Positions 29,946 through 40,669 of a stretch of DNA of 44,382 bases are shown here, one piece after another. Below the pieces are notes generated by a model, which worked only from the letters and a program-made list of their open reading frames with translations, made no database searches and was not told the DNA's origin. How positions within the stretch are numbered: the stretch's first letter is position 1; the number at the start of each line of letters is the position of its first letter. Source of the DNA: a virus; IMG/VR virus record IMGVR_UViG_3300031993_000157, one strand, 5' to 3'. The translations under genes were made by a program, and so were the position numbers.

Positions 29946-32942
29946 ATGGAGAATCCGAACCCAATTAAATATTCCGATTTGATTTCGCCGGATAATTCGA
30001 TTACGAATTTGATTGCGCAATTGGACGAGTTGATACAGAAATACGACGCGGCGAAATCCAAGATACAGGGCGACGCCGAGGACGTCGCAAAGAGTATGCG
30101 CGACGTTTCCGGTGCAACGGAAGAACAACGAAAGGCGATTTTGCAAAACACGGAAGCAACAAACAAACTTGTTGCGGAATACACCAAATTGGTTGACGAA
30201 GAATTACAGGCGCAAAAGACAAAGGCCGAGTTGAACGCGGCGAATCGGGAAGCCAACCAAATTGCAAAATTGGTTGTTCAATTGAATAATTCCGCCGAGG
30301 GTTCATATAATAAACTCTCGGCGCAATATCGGTTGAATAAAATTGCGCTTAATGAAATGTCGGAAGCCCAACGCAAGGGGACGGAAATGGGTCGCAAGTT
30401 GGAATCCGAAACGAAAGCGATTTACGAAGAAATGAACCGGTTGCAAAAGGCGACCGGCAAAAGCCAATTGCAAGTTGGCCAATACGAACGCGCGTTGGGA
30501 AATTTGGTTGGCGTAAAAACTCAATACATTGAGGTTATAACGGACGCGTCGAAGCGAAGCGAACTTTTCCACGGGGTTTTGAATCTGTTAAAATCCCCGA
30601 TTGCTATTTTGATTGGCGTTGTTGGGGGCCTTACGGCGGCGTTCAAATTGTGGATGGATTCAGCCCACGAAACGCAGACCACGGGTGACGCGTTGGACCG
30701 AGAGGTTGCGGGATGGTCGGCGACGTGGGATTTGTTCAAAAAATCCGTTGCGTCGGTTGATTTCTCATTGTTTATCCGGGGCGCGATTGATGCAATGAAC
30801 GCGGGCCGGGAACTTAAACGCGTGTTGGACGAAACGTTTGAACGCACAAATTCAACGCGGTTGTTGAAAGCAAGTTTGTCAGTTGAAAACGCGGCGTTGG
30901 AAGAAGCCGCGCGGGATACCCGTTTGTCCTACGAAGAAAGATTAGCGGCGGCCGACCAATACTTGGAGAATATGAAGCCGATTTATGAACAGGAAACGGA
31001 AACGGCCAAGCGCACCCGGGACGCGCAATTGGAATATCTGTTTTCTGTGACAAATAAACGGCAATTCGCGTCGGAAGAAGCGCGAAAGGCGGCGGAAGAA
31101 GAATTTGCGGAAAATATCAAGAACTACAATCTAAACGAGGACGTGATAAAACAGGCGATGGCCTACAACCAAGCAATCGCCGACCGCGAGATTATTCGTA
31201 AACAGGAATTGAAAACCACGGGCGCGGCGCGTGACGCATATCGCAAGCAACGCGAGGAAATGGGGGCCGTAATAGATAGCGCAAGCGAAAGCGTAAAGGC
31301 GTTCGCCGGGTTCGCGGAACAATACGGATTGACCAACGACGAACAGGTTAAAGCGTATGTTGACGCGGAAGAAAAATATTTGAACGCGCAAGCGGCCGTT
31401 TACAACGACCAAAAGCGGTTCAAGACAATGCGAAATTCGCTTGAAGCGCAACAGGCCAAGGAAGAAGAAAACAACGCGAGAGCCCGGGCGGCCGCCGCGA
31501 AGAAAGCCGCCGACGATGCGGTTAAAGCCGAACAGGATGCGGCCAAAGAGCGTGAACGACTTGCAAAGGAAGAAGAAGCCCGGGAACAACAGGCAATCGC
31601 CGACGAACGGGCGTATATGCAGGCGCAATTGCAAAGTATCCAATTGGAGATTGCCAACGCAAACGAATGGTCGCAACAAATGCTTGACTTGCGGATTGCG
31701 GCCATTAACAAACAACGCGAAATTGAAATATTCGAAAACAAGCAAAAGGCCGAAAAATTGCGCCAAGACGAAACGGCCATAAACAAAAAGTACGATGCGC
31801 AAGTTATGCGCGAAACGGCCGATTTCAATACCAAGTTGGCGCAACGTGATTTGGAAGCATTGCAGGACCGCCAAAGCGCGGAATTTGACTTGTTGGACAA
31901 GAACGAACGTCAAAAAACGTTGTTCCGATTGGAACAGGAAAAGGCGCGGTTGATTGCCATTTTGAAAATCAACGAAACGGCAACGAACAAAATGACCGCC
32001 GACGAAATTGCGGCAATCAAAGCCATAATTGCGGGTATAGAAAAGGAAGCCAAGGAATTGCCGTATAACAATTTGTATGAATTGTTGGGTATTAGTTTGG
32101 ATTCGGACCAACAGGACGCGCTGCACACCGCCATTGATTCAGTGAAAGATTCCATTGCGTCAATCGTTGATTCTTGGAACGAGGCGGCCGACGCGGCCGT
32201 TAATGCGGCCAACAAACAGGTTGAAAGCGCACAACGCGTTTTGGACGCCGAAATTGAAGCCCGCAACGCGGGTTACGCAAATGACGTGGTGACCGCGCAA
32301 AAGGAATTGGAATTGGCACAAAAGAACCAAGAAAAGGCCCAAAAGGAAAAGGAAAAAGCCCAAAAGGCCCAATTGGCGATGGATTCAATTTCGCAGGCGT
32401 CAAGTTTAGTAACGGCGTCGGCCAACATTTGGTCGTCGTTGTCCGGCATTAAGGTAATTGGCCCGGCGTTGGCAATCGCGGCAATTGCGACAATGTGGGG
32501 TTCCTTTGCCGCCGCCAAGGTAAAGGCCGCGCAAGTTGCGACCGAGCAATACGGCGACGGTACGGTTGAACTGTTGCAAGGCGGAAGCCACGCAAGCGGC
32601 CACGACATTGATTTGGGGACCAAGCGGGACGGCACCCGGCGACGCGCCGAGGGCGGCGAATTTTTCGCCGTAATCAATAAGCGCAATTCCCGGAAATTCC
32701 GCGACGTAATCCCCGACGTAATCAATTCCCTTAACGACGGCACGTTTGCGGCCCGTTACCAACGTGCAAACGCGACGATGGCCGGTTATGCCGTCGGAAT
32801 GATTGGCGGCACAACGGACGTTTCCGGCCTTGAACGGGACGTTGCCGCGATTCGCAAACAGGGCGACGAATCCCGGTACGTTGACGCGCAAGGAAATACG
32901 ATAATTCGATACAAGAATTTAACCCGCAAAATTAAGTCGTAA
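29946..32942 (+). CDS. Tail tape measure protein (998 aa)
   Basis: Longest ORF; extensive coiled coil (AKKAADDAVKAEQDAAKERERLAKEEEAREQQ); hydrophobic segments PIAILIGVVGGLTAAF and GPALAIAAIATMWGSFAAAKV. Confidence 0.85.
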   Translation: MENPNPIKYSDLISPDNSITNLIAQLDELIQKYDAAKSKIQGDAEDVAKSMRDVSGATEEQRKAILQNTEATNKLVAEYTKLVDEELQAQKTKAELNAANREANQIAKLVVQLNNSAEGSYNKLSAQYRLNKIALNEMSEAQRKGTEMGRKLESETKAIYEEMNRLQKATGKSQLQVGQYERALGNLVGVKTQYIEVITDASKRSELFHGVLNLLKSPIAILIGVVGGLTAAFKLWMDSAHETQTTGDALDREVAGWSATWDLFKKSVASVDFSLFIRGAIDAMNAGRELKRVLDETFERTNSTRLLKASLSVENAALEEAARDTRLSYEERLAAADQYLENMKPIYEQETETAKRTRDAQLEYLFSVTNKRQFASEEARKAAEEEFAENIKNYNLNEDVIKQAMAYNQAIADREIIRKQELKTTGAARDAYRKQREEMGAVIDSASESVKAFAGFAEQYGLTNDEQVKAYVDAEEKYLNAQAAVYNDQKRFKTMRNSLEAQQAKEEENNARARAAAAKKAADDAVKAEQDAAKERERLAKEEEAREQQAIADERAYMQAQLQSIQLEIANANEWSQQMLDLRIAAINKQREIEIFENKQKAEKLRQDETAINKKYDAQVMRETADFNTKLAQRDLEALQDRQSAEFDLLDKNERQKTLFRLEQEKARLIAILKINETATNKMTADEIAAIKAIIAGIEKEAKELPYNNLYELLGISLDSDQQDALHTAIDSVKDSIASIVDSWNEAADAAVNAANKQVESAQRVLDAEIEARNAGYANDVVTAQKELELAQKNQEKAQKEKEKAQKAQLAMDSISQASSLVTASANIWSSLSGIKVIGPALAIAAIATMWGSFAAAKVKAAQVATEQYGDGTVELLQGGSHASGHDIDLGTKRDGTRRRAEGGEFFAVINKRNSRKFRDVIPDVINSLNDGTFAARYQRANATMAGYAVGMIGGTTDVSGLERDVAAIRKQGDESRYVDAQGNTIIRYKNLTRKIKS

Positions 32943-35389
32943 TGAATCCAATATATAAGTTTACGTTGGCCGCGAACGGGGGTGCCGAACAACAGGCATT
33001 CCCCGTTTACCGGGACGACCTTTCGAAAGATTTTGAGTTGCAGACGAACCAAGAATTTTACCGGGCGAAATTGTCCGGTAACTTGACGTTCGAACGCGAC
33101 GATTACGATTTTATCGCATCGCAAGCATTTGACACGCAATTTGGCGTCAAGATATACATATCATACGACGCCGGGGCAACGTGGGCCGAATATTGGCACG
33201 GGCAATTTTGGAAAACTAATTGCACGTTCAACGAAAGCGACAAGAACGTTACATTGACGCCGGACGTTGCGGACGTGTACGTTGACGTTTTGGCGGGGTT
33301 GGAAAAGGAATACAATTTAATTGAATTGGCCCCGCAAATCGTCCCCGTGAATTTGGATAAGCGGCCAATGATTCAAGTTTACGTCCCGGGACAAACCGTT
33401 ATCGGTTGTTTCCTTTCGGGTATGTGGTGGGAACAGGCGTGCGAATCCGTAACAGATGAAAACGAATTGGAAAATACGTATTTGTTTGCAAAGAACAAAA
33501 CGGCCCGAATTGTCAATGTGGAACAAAACGCGTCCCCGGAAATCCCGGACGTTTACTTTGGTGCGCCGTGGGAAACCGGCGTTGGAACGCAAGAATACGT
33601 CAACGGCGATTATAAATTTGTTCATCAATACGTGCAATCGTCCGGCGGCAACGCGGAATATTTCGAAATCGTGCGTGTTTCGGACGGGCAAATTATGTGG
33701 TGGAAAGTGTTTGCCAATCAACCGCAACAAACATACCCGTTGCAATTGACGTTGGAACCGTATTCGGGTTCGGGCGCGACCGGAAACGTCGTTGTGTATC
33801 TTCACGATTTATCGGTGTGGTCCCGTTACGTTTGCGACGTTGAATCCGTTGATTCGTTGAATACGTACCCGTTGCCCGCCGACGATTTGGTGCCGAACAA
33901 TCGCAATTATACCCGGGCAATCGGTTATTATTACCCGAACACAATTATTTTTTCGTCGCAGTTGTCAACGACGCCGACACAATGGGGGTTGTATCAACCG
34001 GGCAAATATTATGTAATGTATCAAAATGCGCTTGCGGGTATTAACGAATCGTTCCCCGTTTCCCGTAACGCTTGGGGCCGCATATCAATTTGGTTTGCGT
34101 TCGATACGTTTGATTGGATTTCGGAATCAAAATTTAGAAAGGAATACACGTTGCGGGATGCGTACCCGCTTGCGTCTGTTATTTCGGTCCTGTTGGCGCA
34201 ATTCGCGCCGGGTATAACCCACGCGGAAACAACGGATTATTCCCAATTCCTTTACGGTACGGACCCGTTGTTGGGTATTAATCAACGCATATTCATAACG
34301 CCGAAATCCAATATGATTTCGTTGGGTTACGACGAACCGGCGCAAAAGGCCCCAATAACGTTGAAGCGTGTTTTGGATATGTTGCGCGATTGTTACCGGT
34401 GTTATTGGTTTATTGACGACCAAAACCGGTTCCGGATTGAGCATATAGAATTTTTCCGGCGTGGCGGCACGTACACGGGGACGCCTGTTGTCGGTCGGGA
34501 TTTGACGGTTGAGAGGGTCCCGCGCACCGGCAAGGCGTTGGCCGACGGAACGTCGCAATTCAAATTCAACAAACCGGAAATGGCGGCCCGGTATCAATTC
34601 GCTTGGATGGACGACGTTACGCAATTGTTTGAGGGCAACCCGATTGATATTGTTTCCAAGTATGTCAACCCGGACAATATCGAACAAATTGACGTGGCGC
34701 AATTCGCGTCCGACGTTGATTATATCTTGTTGAATCCGTCCGAAATTTCGCAAGATGGTTTCGTGTTGTTGTGTGGTGTAGGGGTATTGTTGGAAAATAC
34801 AGTTGAAACAACGCCGGGTTCAGTATATAGGAATTATATTTATTCAGACTTTTTTTCCGGCGAAAAAGTAAAAGTGTCGGCAACAAATATGGATGCGTTT
34901 GCAAGTGGCGGCGCAACGATTTACGATGATACCGGCGCGAGTCTTGGCTATCTTCAAAGTGAAACACTTGAAATAACGTTGCCAAGAAATACGCAATACC
35001 TTTATTTGGGAAAAGGCGGCGGGAATGTCCTATCCGTAAAGGAGGTAAAATTATCAATCTTGCGCAGCGCAAAATATAAATTGCCGTACGTTAATTTCGT
35101 TTTGAATGGTTCGGACCATATCTTACAAAACGCATACGCGGCGTTTATATGGTTGCAACAATATTATTTTTACGATATGCCCGCCCGATATTTCAAATAT
35201 AACGGCATACAGGAACAGGCGTTGGGAATAAAGAAATTAAAGACGCAAACGTTAAAATTCCCAGCGTTTAACGACCCGAATACGTTGCAGTTAATTAAAA
35301 CGCATATCGGGAATGGTACAATTCAAAAAATGTCCGTAAATTTGTCAAGTCGGAACGCCCAAACAACGTTGATATATGACACCGAATAA
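32942..35389 (+). CDS. Tail tip / baseplate-like structural protein (815 aa)
   Basis: ORF track; TAATG overlap with the tape measure gene; call is by position. Confidence 0.65.
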   Translation: MNPIYKFTLAANGGAEQQAFPVYRDDLSKDFELQTNQEFYRAKLSGNLTFERDDYDFIASQAFDTQFGVKIYISYDAGATWAEYWHGQFWKTNCTFNESDKNVTLTPDVADVYVDVLAGLEKEYNLIELAPQIVPVNLDKRPMIQVYVPGQTVIGCFLSGMWWEQACESVTDENELENTYLFAKNKTARIVNVEQNASPEIPDVYFGAPWETGVGTQEYVNGDYKFVHQYVQSSGGNAEYFEIVRVSDGQIMWWKVFANQPQQTYPLQLTLEPYSGSGATGNVVVYLHDLSVWSRYVCDVESVDSLNTYPLPADDLVPNNRNYTRAIGYYYPNTIIFSSQLSTTPTQWGLYQPGKYYVMYQNALAGINESFPVSRNAWGRISIWFAFDTFDWISESKFRKEYTLRDAYPLASVISVLLAQFAPGITHAETTDYSQFLYGTDPLLGINQRIFITPKSNMISLGYDEPAQKAPITLKRVLDMLRDCYRCYWFIDDQNRFRIEHIEFFRRGGTYTGTPVVGRDLTVERVPRTGKALADGTSQFKFNKPEMAARYQFAWMDDVTQLFEGNPIDIVSKYVNPDNIEQIDVAQFASDVDYILLNPSEISQDGFVLLCGVGVLLENTVETTPGSVYRNYIYSDFFSGEKVKVSATNMDAFASGGATIYDDTGASLGYLQSETLEITLPRNTQYLYLGKGGGNVLSVKEVKLSILRSAKYKLPYVNFVLNGSDHILQNAYAAFIWLQQYYFYDMPARYFKYNGIQEQALGIKKLKTQTLKFPAFNDPNTLQLIKTHIGNGTIQKMSVNLSSRNAQTTLIYDTE

Positions 35390-36245
35390 CAATTTAAGCG
35401 TGTTGCCGTGGTACACGTCAATAGACCAACAAAACGCCCGCAAATGGTGGGTGTATAACCGGGTTTATCCTTTGTTTACACCGGCCGGGTTTATCTTGCC
35501 GTTCCAAATGTTAATCCCGCACCAACAATCCGTAACGTTTGGGAATATCTACATTCACGACGCCAACACGGGCGAGCAAATCGAAAATTGCAAGCAAAAA
35601 TTGCTTGATTCCGGGTTGACGTATAAACAATTTGCCACGCTTGGTTATGACGTTATCGTTTATCCCGGGAATTTCCCGGCGTTTACGCAAATGGAAAACG
35701 GGCGTTATTACTTGCGGCTTATCGTCAATTCGACCACGTATTATTCCGAGGTGTTCACGGTCGTAAACGATATTTCCGGCTATCTTAAAATTGAGTGGTG
35801 GGATATTGAGGATGCGACGATGGACGCCGGGACCATTGTTTACACGAACCCCGCGTTTAAGAACGTGTTGTACTTGGACGCCGATATTGCAAAACCGCAA
35901 TATCAATTTGAAGAAGAGGGCGAGAAACGGGACGGTTACTTTTACCCGATTAAACAGATTTCGGAAAAGGTTTACCGATTTTCGTTCCTTGCGTCCGAAT
36001 ATCTGTTGGACGTTATGCGGTTTATACGGATGGCCGATTACGCGGAAATTACCAAGAATGGCCAAACGTATAGTCTTGACACGTTCTTAATTACCCCGGA
36101 ATGGGAAGATAACGGCGACGTTGCAAGCGTTGACGCCGAGTTTGAAACCGCGACCGTTGCAAAGAAGATTGGTTTGGGCTACATTAAGGCGCAACGCGGC
36201 GATTTCAACGCAGATTTCAACAACGATTTCAACAACCAACAATAA
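35376..36245 (+). CDS. Tail structural protein (289 aa)
   Basis: ORF track; 14-nt overlap; C-terminal DFNADFNNDFNNQQ micro-repeat. Confidence 0.65.
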   Translation: MTPNNNLSVLPWYTSIDQQNARKWWVYNRVYPLFTPAGFILPFQMLIPHQQSVTFGNIYIHDANTGEQIENCKQKLLDSGLTYKQFATLGYDVIVYPGNFPAFTQMENGRYYLRLIVNSTTYYSEVFTVVNDISGYLKIEWWDIEDATMDAGTIVYTNPAFKNVLYLDADIAKPQYQFEEEGEKRDGYFYPIKQISEKVYRFSFLASEYLLDVMRFIRMADYAEITKNGQTYSLDTFLITPEWEDNGDVASVDAEFETATVAKKIGLGYIKAQRGDFNADFNNDFNNQQ

Positions 36246-36252
36246 CAATATT

Positions 36253-38226
36253 ATGGCAGGGAATTATTCAGTATTAAAGGCCGCGATTGAAGATGTTATT
36301 AAGGCCAACGGCAATAACGAAATTACGGGCGATATTTTGCAATCCGCGTTGTTGGCAATGATTAATTCGCTCGGCGCGGGGTTCCAATTCATTGGTGTTG
36401 CAACCCCCGCAACGAACCCCGGAACGCCGGACCAAAACGTGTTTTATATTGCGAGTACGCCCGGAACGTATAGTAATTTCAACGGGTTGTTGGTTCTTGA
36501 CGGGGAAATTGCCATATTCAAATGGAACGGGTCTTGGGAAAAGGAAAACACCGGAGCCGCGCCCGCAAATAAAGTTGCAGAACAAGAAATTGCAATTTCG
36601 AAGCGCGACAATGTTGTTTTCGATATTGCAAAAAGCACGTTTGACGTGTCACAATTCGGGTTTATTGAAGATATAATTATTATAAATGGCGACCCGAAAC
36701 AACAATATTCCCTGTACCAAGTTTCAGCAACCCGCGCGTCAATCAAGAAAAACGGCGTAATCATCGCGGACGACGCCGCATTGATTGATACGCCGGATAA
36801 TTGGCATTTTTTAAAGGGGCAATCGGGGGGCGTGGAAATTATTTATATTAAATATAATCCGGCGAATGTTTCAAGTTTGATTAACACGGGCGCGAATGTT
36901 GCGGTTATTCGAAGCGATAAGGTGGTTTCGGCTACACCAATGAATCCGGAGAGGGCGAGAGAGAACGCGGCAAACGTGTTTTCCGATTTAGTTAATTTTA
37001 GTGCGGGAAAAAACGCGTTGTCGCTTTTGATTGACGAAATATTCATTTACGGATATGCGGTTTCGGATAATTTGCAAATACGAACGGCCAAATATGAAAA
37101 TGGACGGTTTGATTTTCGGATTCAACAAGGGGCGGACAAAATATTCGAAATTGATACGGACGCCCCGAAAGCCGCATATTTGCTTTTTAATGGGGATAAA
37201 TATTGTTTTGTTCGTTTCAATACGGCAATTATCCAATCGTTAAATGTTTCATTAAGTGCGAACGCGACATATTATTTTTCCGATAATGTGTTTAACCGGG
37301 ACGCGCACCCGTTCGCTTTTTCGATGGTCTGCAACCACAGGAAAGCATACAAGGTGTTCTATTCCGGGGACATTTTGCTATCATATCCATTTTCTTCGCT
37401 GAAATTGTTGGATAAGGACGCGCCGGTTCATATTGAAACGGAGGAAAACGGCGGCGTTGGTAGAATCGTTTTCGATTCCGTACTTGGGAAATACATCTAC
37501 GAACATCGTAAATACGCATCAAAATACAATCCGTCACTAAACTTAAAAATAAGTACGGCATTGCGTGAAAACTTTTCCGGCGCGGACTTAATTCGGTTCA
37601 GCGGAAAAGTGTATGTAAGTAAGGGGGATTCTCCATATTCCGGTTCTACAATTCCGCTTACGTTCTATTGGATGAAAGAGGGTAAATACCCGACGGCGGC
37701 GGACGTAGAACAATTTCACGTTTACAATCCAATTCAAAATGAAACGTGGACGGATTTCTCCGTTAGCGGACAAATTGGGGATATTGGCGCGTGGCCGTAT
37801 AATTCTTTTCGCGCTGCGATAACAATATCATCGCAAGACCAATACGCAAATAGCCAAGTTGACAAGGTTGTTGCGGTTTCGGACTTGCGGATAGAAATTA
37901 TAAATGCGGAATTTAACGCGACGTATAATGCGATTGAAATAGTTGATAATTCGGTTGTAAATCCATTACCGAATTTTGAAACGAATGTTGGTAAAATTGA
38001 CGATGCAAGCATTGGGCAACTTGCCGTTTCTGCATTTCGTTCGGTGTGCCGAATGGCCCGTGTTTATTTTAGTAAAATTAAATCATTGGTCGCAGAAACT
38101 GAAATACTTTATTTGAACGAGAATTTCCGCACACCGACAAAGGGAAAGAGCGCGTTATTTGTGGAAGATGGAGTTTTGTATTTCTATGACAAGAACGGCA
38201 ACAAGAAAACGATAAATATGGAATAA
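36253..38226 (+). CDS. Putative tail fibre / receptor-binding protein (657 aa)
   Basis: Internal ATG (MAGNYSVLKAAIEDV) of ORF 36121..38226; call rests on size and position. Confidence 0.6.
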   Translation: MAGNYSVLKAAIEDVIKANGNNEITGDILQSALLAMINSLGAGFQFIGVATPATNPGTPDQNVFYIASTPGTYSNFNGLLVLDGEIAIFKWNGSWEKENTGAAPANKVAEQEIAISKRDNVVFDIAKSTFDVSQFGFIEDIIIINGDPKQQYSLYQVSATRASIKKNGVIIADDAALIDTPDNWHFLKGQSGGVEIIYIKYNPANVSSLINTGANVAVIRSDKVVSATPMNPERARENAANVFSDLVNFSAGKNALSLLIDEIFIYGYAVSDNLQIRTAKYENGRFDFRIQQGADKIFEIDTDAPKAAYLLFNGDKYCFVRFNTAIIQSLNVSLSANATYYFSDNVFNRDAHPFAFSMVCNHRKAYKVFYSGDILLSYPFSSLKLLDKDAPVHIETEENGGVGRIVFDSVLGKYIYEHRKYASKYNPSLNLKISTALRENFSGADLIRFSGKVYVSKGDSPYSGSTIPLTFYWMKEGKYPTAADVEQFHVYNPIQNETWTDFSVSGQIGDIGAWPYNSFRAAITISSQDQYANSQVDKVVAVSDLRIEIINAEFNATYNAIEIVDNSVVNPLPNFETNVGKIDDASIGQLAVSAFRSVCRMARVYFSKIKSLVAETEILYLNENFRTPTKGKSALFVEDGVLYFYDKNGNKKTINME

Positions 38227-38227
38227 T

Positions 38228-39232
38228 ATGGCACGAATTGACAAATTGCAAAGCAAATATTGGTATGCCAACCAAATAAACCAAACCGCGCTTGTTGAAT
38301 TGCCAAACACGGGCGGCGTTCCGGATGGAATAAAAGATATTGTGCATCCAAGTTTCGCATACATTCCCGGCGGATTTGGCGGACATAATTTTTGGATGGC
38401 CGCTTCGCCCTATCCGCAGTCGCTCCAAGGCGGTGGGGAACCATACGAAAATCCGTGTATCTTTTTTGCGGACGTTGCAGACGGGGTGTTCCCGACAACC
38501 GGATTTACTGCGATTGCAAACAACCCGATTGACCCGACACCGACGGGTGGATATAATTCCGACCCGGAACTTGTTTATTACAATGGATATTTATATTGTT
38601 TTTGGCGCACAAGGGCATCGTCGCAAACGGGTTATCGTACCGCAATTTATGTGTCAAAATCATCCGACGGGTTGAATTGGTCTGCAAAGCAAATGATATA
38701 TGGGTCAAACGATTCCGGCGACGACCTTTGCCCAATGTATCTTTTCGTAAACAATAAACATCGAATTTACCTTGTTGAAGCGGGCGGATATGCGGAAACC
38801 TACAATCTAAAAATCATTGAGAGCGCAACTATTGACGGGGAATATTCGGAAATAGGACACGCGTCTATTGAGGGCCTTGCAAATATATGGCACGGCGGGT
38901 TGTTCGAATATAACGGTGACGTGTATCTAATTGCGGGCGGGACAAGCAATGGGATAAACGCATCTATGGAATTATTTATTGCAAAGAAAGATTTCGGCGT
39001 TGAAAATTTTGTGTTCTTTGAATACCCGCTTTTCAGTGCAAGTTATCGCCCGTTTGCGAAAGTTATAGACGGGAAACTTGTAATATACAATTCTTGCAAG
39101 GGGAGTACGGGATATTCCGGACTTGTTCGTAATGGGGCCGATTATCCGGCCGGTAATTTCGTATGCCTTTCCATAATTGATATGGAAAAAGTGTTGGGAA
39201 TTATGGATGAAATGTCAATTGTTAGCATATAA
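38228..39232 (+). CDS. Beta-propeller glycoside-hydrolase-like protein with Asp-box (334 aa); candidate tail-associated depolymerase
   Basis: Asp-box SKSSDGLNWS; ENPCIFF and SDPELVYYNGYLY strands recall GH43/GH32/sialidase-type propellers; adjacent to the fibre gene. Confidence 0.45.
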   Translation: MARIDKLQSKYWYANQINQTALVELPNTGGVPDGIKDIVHPSFAYIPGGFGGHNFWMAASPYPQSLQGGGEPYENPCIFFADVADGVFPTTGFTAIANNPIDPTPTGGYNSDPELVYYNGYLYCFWRTRASSQTGYRTAIYVSKSSDGLNWSAKQMIYGSNDSGDDLCPMYLFVNNKHRIYLVEAGGYAETYNLKIIESATIDGEYSEIGHASIEGLANIWHGGLFEYNGDVYLIAGGTSNGINASMELFIAKKDFGVENFVFFEYPLFSASYRPFAKVIDGKLVIYNSCKGSTGYSGLVRNGADYPAGNFVCLSIIDMEKVLGIMDEMSIVSI

Positions 39233-39243
39233 ACGAATACGCT

Positions 39244-39717
39244 ATGTGTAACTATTTTAACTTTTATCCAAACAAAATGTTTGCCGGTGTATTTGCAAGT
39301 TTAGCCGCCTTGATTTGCGACAACTTGTTTCCTTTGTTCGTAACTGTTGTTTTGTTCGAAACAATGGATTTCGTGACCGGCGTTATAAAATCCGCCGTCC
39401 TTGCAAAAAGGGCGGGGCGGCGGTTCGCTTTTGAATCGGTCAAGGCGTGGCGCACAATCTATAAGGTTGTGTTTATCTTGATTGGTATTGTACTTGCCGA
39501 AATGTTGGACCAAACGATTGCGGAAGAAACCCGATTGCGGTTTGCAAATTGGTTCACGGCGTTTTGTTGCGGGGTGGAATTTTGGTCGTTTCTCGAAAAC
39601 GCCGCCGTTATTTCGGACCATCCATTGTTCCGTTGGTTGCGCAAGTTTATGCGATTGAAAGTTGAGGACCAATTGGGAATGACGTTTGAGGATGCAAAAA
39701 AAGAGGACGCACAATGA
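39244..39717 (+). CDS. Holin (157 aa), phage_holin_4/TcdE-like
   Basis: Several TM segments; DFVTGVIKS and FWSFLENAAVIS motifs; ATGA overlap with the amidase gene. Confidence 0.7.
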   Translation: MCNYFNFYPNKMFAGVFASLAALICDNLFPLFVTVVLFETMDFVTGVIKSAVLAKRAGRRFAFESVKAWRTIYKVVFILIGIVLAEMLDQTIAEETRLRFANWFTAFCCGVEFWSFLENAAVISDHPLFRWLRKFMRLKVEDQLGMTFEDAKKEDAQ

Positions 39718-40265
39718 AAAAAGAAGATATTGACGCAATCGTAATCCATTGTTCCGCGACGCCCGAGGGAAAGGATATAAAGGCCGCCGATATTGAGAGG
39801 GAACACAAAAAGCGTGGATTTAAATGTATCGGTTACAATTACGTAATTGATTTGGACGGTACGGTTGAGGTCGGCCGCCCGTTGACGATGGACGGTGCGC
39901 ATTGCAACACGGCCGGAACGTCCGGGAAATCGTACAACAAACATTCCATTGGCATTTGTTACGTCGGCGGCCTTGAAGCAACGACGAACAGTAAAGGCGA
40001 AATCGTGGCCAAGACGGACAAACGGGGCAACCCGATTGCCAAGGACACGCGGACGGATGCGCAAAAGTTGGCAATGGCCGCGTTGATATATGACGAACTG
40101 TTGTCGGAATACCCGGGTATCGTTGACATTTTGGGACACCGGGACGCGTCGCCGGATAAGAACGGGGACGGCGAAATAACGAAAACCGAGTGGATAAAGG
40201 AATGCCCGTGTTTCAATGCCCGTTCGGAATTTCCGATTGCCGTTTGTACGGCGACAAAAAAATAA
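39714..40265 (+). CDS. N-acetylmuramoyl-L-alanine amidase (endolysin, Amidase_2/PGRP type, 183 aa)
   Basis: IVIHCSATPEG, GYNYVIDLDG, HSIGICYVGG and GHRD...ECPCF motifs. Confidence 0.9.
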   Translation: MKKEDIDAIVIHCSATPEGKDIKAADIEREHKKRGFKCIGYNYVIDLDGTVEVGRPLTMDGAHCNTAGTSGKSYNKHSIGICYVGGLEATTNSKGEIVAKTDKRGNPIAKDTRTDAQKLAMAALIYDELLSEYPGIVDILGHRDASPDKNGDGEITKTEWIKECPCFNARSEFPIAVCTATKK

Positions 40266-40303
40266 TAACTTTGTAACCATAACCCATTAACATTATTTGC
40301 CTT

Positions 40304-40669
40304 ATGAAACAGGAATTGCAAGCGTTGATTGACGGCAAGATTGCCGGTCAAGGAAACCAAATTGATTTGGGCGGTGCATTGGCCGCCGTGTTGTCCGAAC
40401 TTGTGGCCGCCGCCGCGCCGGTTGAGGTTACCGACATTACCGAAATTCCGGGCGACGTGTTGGACGCGTTGCCGATTGGCGGCAAGGTCGCCAAGAAAAC
40501 CGGAACCGCACACCATTTGTACGTCGTTACGTACAAGGACGCCGAGAACGGCGGAATTTGTTTGACGTACACCGACGCGTCAACGGTCGAAACCGTTTCG
40601 TACGACCATACTGCAAGCGGGTGGGCCTGCAATTCGACGGATAAGGGTTCTATTCCCCCGGCCGAGTAA
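40304..40669 (+). CDS. Hypothetical protein (121 aa) inside the lysis cassette
   Basis: ORF track. Confidence 0.65.
   Translation: MKQELQALIDGKIAGQGNQIDLGGALAAVLSELVAAAAPVEVTDITEIPGDVLDALPIGGKVAKKTGTAHHLYVVTYKDAENGGICLTYTDASTVETVSYDHTASGWACNSTDKGSIPPAE

Noticed and set aside
29088-29946. Canonical G/GT-type -1 programmed frameshift extending the tail chaperone
   Set aside because: No overlapping downstream ORF in the -1 or +1 frame extends the protein. A terminator-like hairpin separates it from the tape measure gene. Only the A10 tract, which would truncate the protein, was kept as a low-interest finding.
31131-32126. 331-aa minus-strand ORF, plus other antisense ORFs within 29946..32942
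   Set aside because: It is antisense to the tape measure gene. It is an artefact of the long stop-poor, repetitive coiled-coil coding sequence.
40266-40273. TAACTTTG -7-like box before gene 40304
   Set aside because: It overlaps the amidase stop codon and has no -33 element. It is at chance-level expectation inside an operon.
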